Part shown: positions 1 through 12,130 of the stretch, in pieces
How the letters are laid out: every line of letters starts with the position of its first letter
How positions within the stretch are numbered: position 1 is the stretch's first letter
Source of the DNA: Octopus vulgaris
Lineage: Eukaryota
Direction of reading: 5' to 3'
DNA length: 64,000 nt
NCBI GenBank assembly: GCA_951406725.2
Contig: OX597822.1
Span: 42,346,001-42,410,000 of the forward strand
Translations under genes and position numbers: made by a program
The notes under the pieces: generated by a model
What the model was told of the DNA's origin: nothing
The model's input: the letters and a program-made list of their open reading frames with translations, nothing else
The model's database searches: none

Positions 1-31
1 GGATATCCCATCCACCATATAACCTGGATAT

Positions 32-559
32 AAAACGACCAAAACCACATTCAAAAGCAATTTTCGAAGGGAATGAAAAATAAAAACTTTTACCTTGTTA
101 TTTTTTTACAGTTATACCTAGGTTTCAAATTTTTTTAGCAAATAAAATAATTTGCTAGGCGAAATACTCATCAGTAACCACACCATAACATTAACATATA
201 AGTTAGAGACAAATAACACGTGTCTTATCATTACATGTTATAACTTTTCAAATTCACTGCACAAACGCAGTTTCAGTCGGGAGTAAATAAAAAATGCTGA
301 ATTGATCTTCGAAATGCTAAAATCATATACGTAAAATATATAGGGTAGCTAATATTTTTAGAAATGTCACTACCAGTGGCCTAGCATGTATCAAAAGTCA
401 ATAGACAACATATGCTCAATATAAAATAGTGTACATTTAAACACAAGATAAACTACCTTTTAACAGGTAATTTTACACGCTTGAAAAAATAACAAGGTAA
501 AAGTTTTTATTTTTCATTTCACTTCAAAAATTGCTCTTAAATGTGGTTTTGGTCATTTT
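32..559. repeat. Inverted repeat pair (~75 bp arms, 32-106 and 484-559), probable non-autonomous DNA transposon
   Basis: AAAACGACCAAAACCACATT...CTTTTACCTTGTTATTTTTT is the near reverse complement of AAAAAATAACAAGGTAAAAG...AATGTGGTTTTGGTCATTTT. Confidence 0.6.
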
Positions 560-924
560 GACTGCTTTTTCTATGGCAAATTAAATTTAAATGTTGAAGT
601 GAATCTAACGGTCTTTGTGTGTTTCTTAAACGGCTTATAAACACCTTCCATGCTGCAATTGTTTTCATTCCAGTACATTTCAGATCAGGTCACTTGCTAT
701 GCAAGTACATCTCCATAATATATATATATATATATATAATTTTTTTTTAAATATAATTATAAAATATAATTATAATTAAGGGCTACTGGATGTGACCAGA
801 TTCCTATGCTAGCAGTAGATGCCAAATACCTACAATCCACTCTAAGAGATGTTCTCTATATTCAACCACAGGTCAAACAAAGAAATGAGAGAGAAAATAT
901 ATAAAAAATTTTGGGGGTAACTCC

Positions 925-1326
925 ATATCCAAAAAAATGGCTGTCAGACAATTTCTGCAGCCACATCACCCCTAATATCTGACCACCTAGCTCTCCACAC
1001 TGCAATCCCTCTGATTACTATGTGTGGGGTGCAGTTGAGCAAGAGACCAACAAAACTCCTTGTAACACCAAAGATAAACCGAAGACAAGGATTATGGCAG
1101 CATTCACCAACTTAAACAAGGAAACCATCCAGAAGAGTTGCAGGAGATTCCAAAGTCATCTAGAACTGTGGTTGAAGCCAATGACGATTTTAGTGAATAA
1201 ATTTACTGTTTAGTATTTCAAGATATTTTTATGTAATTTTGGTAAATATATATCTGTTAAAATGAGATGTCAATGTTATTTTCATTTTTACATAATTTAG
1301 ACAACAGTTTATTCACTGCACCCTGT
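925..1326 (+). mobile_element. Tc1/mariner-superfamily transposase 3' relic with right end
   Basis: Translation I*PPSSPHCNPSDYYVWGAVE resembles the WPPxSPDLNPxD catalytic motif; ends in CACCCTGT next to a (TA)n tract. Confidence 0.7.
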
Positions 1327-1355
1327 GTATGTATATATATATATATATATATAAT

Positions 1356-1871
1356 AATTATAATTAAAGGTATCTAAGATATCACCATGCTAGAGCTGGC
1401 AGTCAAAGCTTGACTCCAAAACCACATCAAGTATTCATACAGCACAGTTATTTTAAATATCTTTATTTATTTTAAATATCTTTATTTATTTAAATATTTA
1501 TATATATTTACTTCATTATATTCACTGCGGTGGTATTTTGACCATATAGCAGGTGTTTAGACGAACAATCAAACTGGTCGTGTATATACATACATATATA
1601 TGTATGTACGTATGTATTCGTGTGCATATGTAAGTATTCATATGTTGTGTACATATATATTTGTATTTATATACTGTATTCTGGTATATCTCACTGAGGA
1701 GGCAAAGTATATCTTTTATACAGAGCCAGAAACCTTGGGTCTGGGATTATCCAGTAATCTGCTACTTTATTTGTCTTTTCACCTTGTGCTGTATGAACAC
1801 TTGATTTTTGGAGTCAGGTTTTGACTGTCATCTCTCGCATGGTGGCATCTTAGATACCCTCAATCATAATT
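1356..1871. repeat. Inverted repeat (~90 bp arms, 1356-1447 and 1784-1871) flanking a hammerhead motif; Penelope pLTR-like
   Basis: GGTATCTAAGATATCACCATGCTAGAGCTGGCAGTCAAAGCTTGACTCCAAAAA versus TTTTTGGAGTCAGGTTTTGACTGTCATCTCTCGCATGGTGGCATCTTAGATACC. Confidence 0.7.
1681..1754 (+). ncRNA. Type I hammerhead ribozyme motif
   Basis: Stem I ATCTCA/TGGGAT; core CTGAGGA (1694-1700); stem II GGC...GCC with inner GTATA/TATAC; one extra A, then GAAA (1729-1732); stem III ACC-TTG-GGT; cleavage triplet GUC (1739-1741). Confidence 0.65.
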
Positions 1872-1959
1872 TTAATAATAATTATTACCTATAAGGTCTT
1901 TCTTCCCATGCTTGCTACTTGATATGATTGTTATTTCAAATGACGGTCTTATCCTTATT

Positions 1960-2468
1960 TAAAGAGCACCATACGAGCGTGATCAGTGACAGAGCAGCTA
2001 ACCGGCTTCCGTGCCAGTGGCACTTAAAAGGCACCGTTCGAGTATGATCGCTACCAGTGTCGCCTTACTGGCACTTGTGCCTGTGCTAGTAGGGTGCCAA
2101 GAGCACCATCCAAGCATGATCGTTGCCAGAGCAGCCAACAGGCTTCCGTGCCAGTGGCACGTAAACGGGCACCATTCGAGCGTGATCGTTACCAACGTCG
2201 CCTTCCTGGCACCTGTGCTGGTGGCATGTGTAAAAAGATTCAAGTGAGGTCGTTGCTAGTACCGCCTGACTGGCCCCTGTGCCGGTGGAACGTAAAAAGC
2301 ACCCACTACACTCTCGGAATGGTTGGCGTTAGGAAGGGCATCCAGCTGTAGAAACGCTGCCAAATCAAGATTGGAGCCTGATGCAGCAATCTGGTTCGCC
2401 AGCTCTCAGTCAAAATCGTCCAACCCATGCTAGCATGGAAAGCAGACGTTAAACGATGATGATGATGA
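1960..2468 (+). mobile_element. RTE-type LINE 3' UTR fragment with ~65-70 bp tandem units and (GAT)n tail
   Basis: Same GTGCCRGTGGCACGTAAAAAGCACC units and ...GGAAAGCGGACGTTAAACGATGATGAT tail as the RTE ORF-linked copy at 54350-55592. Confidence 0.75.
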
Positions 2469-2764
2469 CATACATACATACATGCATACAAATATATACA
2501 AGATTTGTGGTTTTAATTATAACATTATACATACACACACACACACACAAATAAAGTCAATTTGTATGAATATAAGTTTTGATATAACTAATTCAAGACA
2601 GATATAAACAAATATCAGAAATGTGTGTGTGAAATAAAATTTAAAAAATCTCCAAATTTTATAGACAAATCCAAACTGTAAATTATTTTTACTAAACTAA
2701 GTGTCAGTTTAATATTAGATGGCCTGGGAAGTGAACACATGTCTGTCTGTTCTATGAAACTTGC

Positions 2765-2821
2765 CATTTACTATCTCTTCTACCAGACCTACTACTCATG
2801 AAGTCTACAGTTAAATTTGAC
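2765..2821 (-). CDS. Candidate 57-nt internal exon (SNLTVDFMSSRSGRRDSKW) with GC donor, possibly of the RhoGAP gene
   Basis: Minus strand: TTCCTTCTTTTTCCATATAAG acceptor, open 57-nt frame-preserving exon, AATG|GCAAGT donor; unique sequence among repeats. Confidence 0.3.
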
Positions 2822-2974
2822 CTTATATGGAAAAAGAAGGAATATATCCTAATCAATTGCTTCCTTATTGTGTCAATTTGCTCTTGAAGGTCAGAGTTGG
2901 AGTGTGTGTGTGTGTATGTGTGTGTGTGTGTGTATGTTTGTGTGAGTATGAGTGTACGAATGTCTTTATATGCA

Positions 2975-3006
<32 letters not shown>

Positions 3007-3195
3007 TATGCGTGTATATTGGAATGCATATGGGTATGTGCAGAAAGGAGAGTGTATGTGGATGTATGTATATATGCAAATGTGTAAGCAAGGCTGCATC
3101 TGTGAGTGAGAAGAGAGAGTGGGGGAGATGGAGAAAGAGAGGAAGGGAAATATGGCAGGGAGAGGGGAAGGAGGAGAGAGAGAGTGTATGTGCAC

Positions 3196-3233
<38 letters not shown>

Positions 3234-3324
3234 ACGCATCTGTGTATGTATGCATAATTGTCTGACAAATAATTTTCTACATTTTGAAAGAAAATGTCAT
3301 TGAAAACAGTTTCATTGATAAAGT

Positions 3325-3400
3325 ATTGGAGGAGGAGGGGTACGAGGAGGGGTACGAGGAGGAGGAGGGGTACGAGGAGGGGTACGAGGAGGAGGAGGAA
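3325..3400. repeat. GAG-rich compound tandem repeat (GAGGAGGGGTAC units)
   Basis: Direct inspection. Confidence 0.85.
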
Positions 3401-3976
3401 GAAGAACAGACAGACACCAGCTGAATGAATGTGGTTATATATAACACCACTGACTCTGAGCCTACATGCAGCAGTGTGGTAAGAAATGTGTCTCATATAA
3501 GTATGGTCAAGGACTGTTGTATTATAGAGCAAAGACTGAAGAGAAAAAAAAGAGAGACTCAGTAGTTGAGTGATTAACATCATAAACCCTCCTCCATCCT
3601 TAGATTTACTCTAATGAAAGCCTTTCCTTCACTTATTTCATTTGAAGTTGTTTATGGTGAGAAAAAAAATCTGAATTGAAGACAGTGTGATAAAGGAAGA
3701 TATAGTAGCTTAAAAAGCCAGCTCCCTGTCATATGTTCAGAGAAGTACTAGCTGATATATAAGAAAAGGGAAGGTGAGATGGAAAATTATAACATAGAGG
3801 CCAACTGGCAGTTCTGACAATATAATCTTCTGGGGGAGCTGCAGACCAGATATGTGAACAGTACAAGGTTCCAACTACAAGGAAAATGACATGCTGGTAG
3901 AATAGAGCCATTAAAAACTATGAAATAGTCTTGGAAAGACTAGAAGTGAGGGGGCAGTAAAGAACAATATTAAGTA

Positions 3977-4483
3977 CCGTAAATCCTCGAGTATAGTCTG
4001 CCCTTGAGTATAATACGCAGAGGATTTTTAGGGGGCTCTACCTCTAAAAAACCTAAACCTTGTGTATAATACGCACCCCTTCTCTAACTTGATTCAAAGA
4101 GGTCTAGATAACGTCTTAGGTTTGTAAAATTGTATACAGTAACGTCCTTTATTATTATTGTATATATGACATAATGCAAACATGTAGCTTTTTTGTGCAT
4201 TTTGTTTGCAGAAAATAAAGAAATAACAGTAATAACGTTTAATAAATGTTGCTTACTGCAAGTTATGGATGATTCTTTTATGACTTCATTGCTTTCAGGC
4301 TTAGCTTAAGGTATTTTCAGGCCTGACATCACAAAATGCGTCTGAATAAACATTGCCGGACAGCAAATAGAGACTCGGACATTGCTTAGAAAATATTTTT
4401 CGTTTTTAACCTCATATATAATACACACTAGGGATTTTGACCTTTAAATTTTGGGGAAAAAAATGCAGATTATACTCGAGGAT
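3977..4483. mobile_element. Non-autonomous Tc1/mariner-type element (MITE)
   Basis: TA|CCGTAAATCCTCGAGTATAGTCTGC left end and GCAGATTATACTCGAGGAT inverted right end (outermost bases missing). Confidence 0.7.
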
Positions 4484-4710
4484 AATGTGTGAGACTAAGC
4501 ATCAGGTACACTTAGCAAACAGAAAAACAGCAAGAGGTTTGCACATGTTGTGCAATGTTAGGGTCAAAGAAATGAAATGTTTCTGACTGCAAAACAGTGC
4601 ACTAGTGAGAATTGTTGTTGTTGGGGAGAAGTGTGTGTAAATGATAATTGCATGCTTGCCCTCACTAATGCCAAAAAGAAAGAGGCATGGAAGAATATTA
4701 CAAGAGATTG

Positions 4711-4837
4711 AATAGGGAGAGTACATGGGTACATGGTAATAGGGAGAGTACATGGGTACATGGTAATAAGGAGTGGTAATAGGGAGAGTACATGGGTACA
4801 TGGTAATAAGGAGTGGTAATAGGGAGAGTACATGGGT
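4711..4837. repeat. Minisatellite (AATAGGGAGAGTACATGGGTACATGGT(AATAAGGAGTGGT)) inside the LINE relic
   Basis: About four near-perfect units. Confidence 0.9.
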
Positions 4838-6496
4838 GAAAAGAATCTCTACCAAGTAGACTCAACAAAGGAATTGGTCACTGAAGTTAATAGAAGTATA
4901 CATTCATTGAAGTGAATGGAAGCATGTACAATTAAGGACATGAAAGTAGAGGAAGCAGCTGGTCCATCAAGGATAGTCACATCTAGCAAAGAAGAATGTT
5001 TGTTAGTCACTGATATAGTTAATCAGACACTACAGGAAGGTATCATAGCTAATGAATAGCATTAGAACCCATTGTTAAATAGAGAAAGAGCAAAGGAAAT
5101 AGGCTAAAGGGACAACTACAAAGGCTCCAAATTGTTGAACTAGATTATGAAAATTATGGAAAGAATCATTGCTGAATGATTAAGTAAAGAATTAATATAG
5201 ATAATATGCAGTTCAGCTTTGTGCTAGGAAGAAGAACTACTGATGCCATTTTCCAAATGATGGGTAGATGAATATTGTAGTCATTAGGATAAGAGTCAGC
5301 AATGAGTTCGACAATGAGTGTAGTACATATGTGGGGGTACATCAGGGCTTTGACAAGTAAAACAGTTGTCAAAATAATGGTGGTTGTCATTGAGGTTGGG
5401 AGTATAACATATTAAGTCCATTATATTCCTGCAAAGTTTCTATCATGTGCTCAATTCAATAACCTCTCATCTATCACCATCTATTCTTGTACCATGCTAT
5501 TTATGTAAAGGGAGCCAGTACCTGATCCATCCACATTCAGTATCCACCACTATCACCCTCTACTACTAGACATCATTCTTTTTCCTCTATGTGACTTTCC
5601 CTTGACATCTACCACTCTCATTTTGCCCATCTTTATTGCTTATCTCTGATGCTATCCTGTCATGCAACTCGTGCTGTTCTCTTACTCTTCTTACCAACAA
5701 CCAACAAGTAGTTGTCTATCACTGTCTCTCTTCCATTACTCTCACTCCTACCACACTGTTTCTTCAGTCACATACACATATTCATACTCTCTCTTTATTC
5801 CACTCTTAGTCATGTTTAACAAGAGAGAAGAGAGTCTATGTAAACTAGAGAGGACTATTTCTTCTTGCATGGGACAAGACAACTTCTCTAGCATTGGTAT
5901 CTTGATAAAATGTAACAAGTACATTCTAAACAGGGTTGTTATTAATAAGGCTATCCAGCCATAGAAACCATGGGACCAACAAATAACATGTGGCGCTCTG
6001 ACCCATCAAAAAGAGCAATAGCTCCAAATAAGAACTGACTAAAACTATGATGGCCTGTCCAATCCTTACCAGCATGGGAAGTGGGCATAAAATGATAACT
6101 AGGAGTGATGTGAAAATAAACATTTATTTACTTTACCTGAGTTAAAGAAGAACAGGAGCATGACCATTTATGATGAGAGTTGTTCCCTAACCAAGAGTTA
6201 CCTGCCCTACTGACCTTTCTCCAGACAATTAGGTGGAACAAACACAGAGAAATAACAAACTGCCTTCCATAAACTTGAACTTATTATCTATGGCCTGGCA
6301 GTCTTATATATATATCATTATTTCTTGGAATGATAAAATCAGTAAAGCTTCGACTAGAATGCTTTGTGGTATTCAGTTAGTGACCTTTACATCTTCAGTT
6401 CAAATTCCATCAAGGTCAACTTTTCATTTCATTCTTCCAGAGACAAAAAAAATAAAGTACGAATAAACTACTGGGTGTGATTCTTATCCCTAAAAA

Positions 6497-7965
6497 ATTT
6501 CCTAAATGTGAAGTTAATTAAAAGACTAAAAGTACAAGTTTATATGTACACACACACACACACACACACAAAGTGAATCTTCTCTAAACGTCAGTACAAT
6601 AATATCATTATGCAAACATTTCCCATAATATAAAATATTCATAGAAATAATACACATTGTAAAAATTGCAGACGTCTTGAAAAATATCTACAAAATAGGA
6701 AAGCCGCCTATAAAAATAAGATTTTCATTAGATGAACTATTGTCAGTCAACTAAAATAGAGCAGTATACAATCCTTAAAATAACTCATGCGGTTTCAAAG
6801 AAATGGACCACCTCCAGTGAACTTAATTAGGAATTTCTATAAACTAGAAACATGTAAAGAGAAATTAAGTATATCTGAATGCAGAACAATCTGAATTTTT
6901 TTTTTTTTTTTGCCCTCCATTGAATATTCTCAAATACCAGCATTTCACTTTATTTCTGTGCTTGGAGATGTTAAAATTTAGCAGGTTTTTCTGTGTATTA
7001 AAATACATTTCAAGTTGTGGTTTTATGCTTCATGTGTATTAGGTTTACAAGTATACAGATGTTGTTATGTAGTTCAATAGAGGAGATGAAAAAGAGAAAA
7101 GGAATGCAGGTCACAATAGGCAGGACAACAGGATATGTTAAGTACACACAAAATACTAACACGGGTTGCTCTGTAATATTTCTGATGTGAGTGTAGAATG
7201 TGAGAGAGTGAGAGAAAGTGTGTGAGAGAGAATGTGTGGGAGAGAGACAGTGTGTGTGAGAAAAAAAACCTGTGTCAGAGAGACAGAGAGAGAGAAAATG
7301 AGAAAGACATGCACACATATACGAGTGTGTGTGTCTATGTATATGTAGACACATCTTTCTTTTGTTTCAGTCACTGGAGTGGCCATGCGACCATGCTGTA
7401 GCACCATGCTGAAAGGCTTTTTAGTCAAATAAATCAACCCCCAGAGCTTGTTTTTTTTTTCAACCTGGTACTTAGTCTATTGGTCTCTTCTGTCAAATCT
7501 ATAAGCTACAAGGATGAAAACAAACTTACACCAGTTTTTAAGCAGTGGTGGTGGCGTGTGAGACAAACACAGACTGAAAGACACACACCCATAGACATAT
7601 ATATATACATGACAAGCTTCAACACAGTTTCCATCAACCAAATTCTTTCACATGGTATTGGTCAATTGGTTAACCCAGGGCTTGCTCATGACACTTGCCC
7701 AAGGTGCTGTGCAGTGAGAATGAACCCAAAACCTTGTGGTTACAAAGTGTATTTCTTAATCATAAACCTAGGCATAATTTCCTAAATGTGAAGGTAATTA
7801 AAAGACTAAAAGTACAAGTTTATATGAAGACACACACACACACACAAAGTGAATCTTCTCTAAACGTCAGTACAACAATATCATTATGCAAACATTTCTC
7901 ATGACATAAAATATTTATAAAAATAAACAACATTGTAAAAATTGCAGACATCTTGAAAAATATGT
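6497..7965. repeat. ~190 bp direct duplication (6497-6687 and 7777-7963)
   Basis: AATTTCCTAAATGTGAAG...AAAGTGAATCTTCTCTAAACGTCAGTACAA...CTTGAAAAATAT occurs twice. Confidence 0.85.
7355..7770 (-). mobile_element. tRNA-derived SINE family B (CORE-like), diverged copy
   Basis: Reverse complement of the 14357-14752 element. Confidence 0.8.
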
Positions 7966-8221
7966 GTGTGTGTGTGTGTGTGGTCGAGTTACAAGGTAAT
8001 ATAATCTACGTAGATTACCTTATAACACATGTATATCATTTCTTTATTTACTAATCTATTCTTTGGTGCTCCAGGATGGCCACAGCTCTTAGGCTGAAAT
8101 GCATAAAGGCATAAAAGAACATATCAAGTCCAAAATTTCCTCAGGAATTGATATAATAACAGCTTAAATATTTCTGTCTATATATAGACACATATATATA
8201 GTAAGAGAGACATACAAATAT

Positions 8222-8400
8222 CATCATGAACACCGTTTAACATCCATTTTACATGCTGGCATGGGTTGGACAGTTTGACAGGAGTCGAGCCAGAGGAATG
8301 TGTTGACCTCCAATGTCTACTTTCTATGGCTGGATGCCATTCCAAACAACAACCACTTTACAGTGTACTAGGTGTTTTTTAAATGGCACAAGCACCAGAG
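8222..8400 (-). mobile_element. RTE LINE 3' tail fragment
   Basis: CCGTTTAACATCCATTTTACATGCTGGCATGGGTTGGAC...GGCTGGATGCC is the reverse complement of the RTE tail; similar fragments near 23705-23910 (-) and 57665-57775 (+). Confidence 0.7.
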
Positions 8401-9094
8401 GGATTACCAAGTAACTTCCAAGACAAGACTCCCTCAACTGAGGGAGGTTTTATGCCAGATGATGACAGTACGATAGAGAGATAGAAACAGGTGCTTTACT
8501 GTAGAAGAGACACATAGCTGCCCTAGTTAAGAAAGAAGAGAATATGGTAAAGAAGTGTCAGGGTGCACCCTCAAATTACATGTAGGTGACCATAATAGTC
8601 TCAGAGTTTTGGACAGAGTGAATGGCTAGGTAAGATCATGAGAGTGTGAAAGGAGAGTGGCAGATGGATAAGGATGGAGATAGAGGTGAATGGAGTGACT
8701 GGTAAACATGAATGGAAGTGAGGTTAATGGTGAATATCAGTTTGAAGGAGAGAAGGTGAAGGAAACAGCATTGGGTTAGGGGAGTAATGTGGAGTGTGGG
8801 CTGAGTCAAGAGATGCACAGTGCCAGGGAAGAGGTCAGAGGTACATAAGGGTGTGAAAGAAAACAGTGGGAGGATGTAATTATCAGAATGAAAGAGTGTA
8901 CAAGGGCATTCAGTGAAAAATAAAATAGTATGGGATGATGCTGAGAATGTGCAAAATAAAGTGATATCAGGGAGGGAGAACAGGAGCACAAAAAGGTTGG
9001 GTATGAAATATGTTCAGTTCCCCTCTCAAATAGCTATAACTGCCAAATTATCATTATTATTATTATTATTATTATCATCATTATTATTATTATT

Positions 9095-10085
9095 AAGGCA
9101 ATGAGATGGTAGAATTGTTAACATGCCAGGCAAAATGCTTGGCTGTATTTCGTCCATCTTTATGTTCTTGGTTCAAATTCTGCTGAGGTCAGTTTTGCCT
9201 TTCATCCTTTCTGGATCAATAAAATAAGCACCAGTGGAACACTGGGGTTGAGGCAATTAACTTAACACCTCCCTGGAAGTGCTGGCCTTGTGCCAAAATT
9301 TGAAATCATTATTATCATCATTATCATCATCATCAACGTTGTTAAGACAGTGAGGTGGCAGAATTGATAGCACACCAAACAAGTACTTCGTAGCATTTCT
9401 TCGGTCTTTAAATTCTGATTTCAAATGCCACTGAGATCAACTTAGCTTTACATTCTTTCATGGACAATAAAACAATTACCAATCAAGCACTCAAAATTTC
9501 AAACCTTATACCTATAATATTAAGAATTATTATTATTATTATCATTATTAAATTCCACCGAGACCAAACTTATCCTTTCAGGGTCGATAAAATAAGTAAC
9601 ACTGGGGTCAATGTAATCGACTAGTCCCCTCCCGCCAGATTTGAGGCCGTGTACCTTCACTAAGTGGCAAGCTGGCAGAATTGTTAGCATGCTGGACAAA
9701 ATGCTTAGTGGTATTTCATCAGTCACTACATTCTGAGTTCAAATTCCACCAAGGTCAACTTTGCCTTTCATCCATTAACCCTTTCGTTACCGTATATAAT
9801 TTGATATGCTCTGTGTTTCTTTCAATTATTTTAAATATAACAAAAAATTGAGTAAAATAACTTAGTTATCATTAAGCTAGTATTAGGAATATAAATTGCG
9901 ACTAAGGTTTGGTGGTATATTTTGATGCAAAACTTATGGAAACAAGACATTTGTACTACAGAGCCAGAGCCAGTTTTGGCCGGGTTGGTAACGAAAGGGT
10001 TAAGTACCCAGTGAAACACTGGAGTCGATATAATCGACTAATCTCTACCCAACAAATCTGAGGCCATGTGCCTCCAGTAGAAAGG
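9095..10085 (+). mobile_element. Tandem cluster of tRNA-derived SINE family A copies in (ATT)n tracts
   Basis: Repeated GAGCTGGCAGAAT..GTTAGC head, B-box-like GAGTTCAAATTCC, and TTTGCCTTTCATCCTTT..GGTCGATAAAATAAGTACC central domain (resembles Meta-SINE domain). Confidence 0.85.
9779..9999. mobile_element. piggyBac-type MITE inserted in a SINE
   Basis: TTAA|CCCTTTCGTTACC ... GGTAACGAAAGGG|TTAA: perfect 13-bp TIRs and TTAA target duplication. Confidence 0.9.
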
Positions 10086-10984
10086 ATTATTATTATTATT
10101 ATTATTAATCATAACACTATTCTGTTGTTGCAAATTTCATATTTAGTTATTCTTCATTTTCTATTGATTCCTCATATGCTTTCTCTTAATAGCAGTTGGT
10201 ACATACATTATGAATATAAGATGAAATGGTCACAGCTGGAATCTCTAAGCATAAGTCTGCTGGATTAGGGCTTGACTGGGGATAAACAAGAACAACAAGG
10301 AAGAATACATTGGATAATGTAGTCCTAGATACCCTATGTCTAAATAAAAGGCAAGTTAATCACAGCTAAAATGTCTTAGATTAAAAATTTGCAAGATAAG
10401 AACTGGCTTTTAGCTAAGCAACTACAACAACATGGAACTCTACACACACACAAACACACATCCATATCAAGGATATTTAAATCAATAAAACTGAAAAAAA
10501 AACACAAATCAATAATTGTATAAAGCTAAGTTTAGTTAACATTACAGAATATAAAATTGTGCCACTGTTAAAACTGCCTTAGTCATAAAATTATTTACGA
10601 CACTGACCTATTTCTATCAAATTCTATATAATGATATAGTTTTCAAGATTTCTTTTGTATAATGTAATGTAGTGAATGACCTTCTTCTTCCCCTGGGTTA
10701 ATAGAGTAATGGACAAGTAATAGGGGATGGAGCAGTTCAATTCTTCTCAATGTAACTAGGTACCATTTGTGGTGGCATTTGCCAGTGCTGGTTCTGAGAG
10801 CATTGGCTGCCGTTTTAAGGACTTGTGGTAATGAATTTATTTCTTCCCATAGGAAATAACAGAAGCACAAGTAAGGGGTAAAAGGAATAGAGTTGGCTAT
10901 ATTCCTTTCTACTATAGGCACAATGCCTGAAATTGGTGCGGGGGGGGGTCAATAACATTGCCCCCAGTATTTCACTGGTACTTA

Positions 10985-11912
10985 TTTTACCTTATGTGCC
11001 TACTATAATCGGAATTGTTTCTGTTTTTAGGCTCCACATTCGAGTTACTCTATTTCCAGATTTTTGTATTTTGAAAGTTTCTCCATTTCTTTTAGAGAAA
11101 CATTGTCATCTGTTGGTATTGATACAATGATTAGAAGGCATTTTTTTCTTGATCTCTGACAAATATATCTGGCCTTTTGGCCTTGAATTCTCTATCTGTG
11201 TGTAATGGCATATCCCATAGTATGGTTACTTTCTCATTTTCTATGACCTTTTCTGGCATGTGCCTATACCATCTTTTTTTTTTTGTTGTTATTCCAGAGT
11301 GTTGGCATAGCTTCCAGTATTCATAGATCCCAACTCTGTCGTGTCTGTGAATATATTCCTTCTTGGCCAGGACTGGGCAGCCAGAGACAATATGGTTTAT
11401 TGTTTCTTGTCCATTTCCACATATTCTGCAGTTACTTGTTATATTTCTTTTCATTATATGTTTTTGGTAATTTCTGGAGGGGAGGCTTTGGTCTTGTGCT
11501 GCAATTAAAAATCCTACAGTCTCTGCTTTGAGTCCTGAGCTTCTCAGCCATTGTTGGGATTTTGCTTTGTCTATTTCTTTTCTGTTTAGTTTAACCCAAT
11601 ATTTGTCATGAAAGGGCTTTTCTTGCCATTGTTTTATCATGATCCATTGCTGTTCCAGTTTTAGTTTGGATTTCAGTTCTTGTACAGCTTTTGTTATTTC
11701 TTCTTTTTCTTTACAGTTGTTAGGTTCTATGACTTCTTTTTTGTATTTTTCAGCTTCCTTAAAGACAAAAAACAGTTTTTTGCTTTGTTTGTGTTTTGTG
11801 TCTATTTGTATTAGTTTTCCTTGCTTCTGAAGTAGGTATTTCTGTAGTCCTATGGTGGTTATTTTGTAATAGTTTTCTAGCTGTATAAGGTCTCTACCAC
11901 CTTCAATATGTT
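10985..11912 (-). mobile_element. R4-clade-like (restriction-like endonuclease) non-LTR retrotransposon ORF fragment, inverted 5' part
   Basis: CRICGNGQETINHIVSGC zinc knuckle, RHDRV, ILWD, RPDI (PD-D/ExK RLE), then MWSLKTETIPIIVG after a frameshift. Confidence 0.85.
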
Positions 11913-11914
11913 GT

Positions 11915-12130
11915 ATATATATACATAACAAAAACATCAGAACTAAAAGTATATATAACACACAGAAAATAGCACTACTAGGCACCGCACACATCCTACA
12001 TAAAGTGAAAATAAGAGCACCACAACAAACCACAGCACATATCCAAGGTGCACAGAGTTGCACTCAGTAATGTAGTGAAAGCACATGATAACAATAAGAC
12101 TACTGAATAATAAGAAGAAGAGGAAGAAGA
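11915..12130 (+). mobile_element. 3' end of the same R4-like element in opposite orientation
   Basis: TQKIALLGTAHILHKV C-terminal motif, short 3' UTR, AATAATAAGAAG tail. Confidence 0.75.

Larger units (their letters stand above)
3780..5260 (+). mobile_element. Heavily decayed RTE-type LINE reverse transcriptase fragment, interrupted by a MITE and a minisatellite
   Basis: Residual motifs AAGPS, NYKGSKLL, MQFSFVLGRRTTDAIF in broken frames. Confidence 0.65.

Noticed and set aside
1960-2305. CRISPR-like array of palindromic repeats with spacers (also 37780-38060, 55140-55455)
   Set aside because: Spacers are homologous to each other, no cas genes, eukaryotic context, and the array is attached to an RTE LINE
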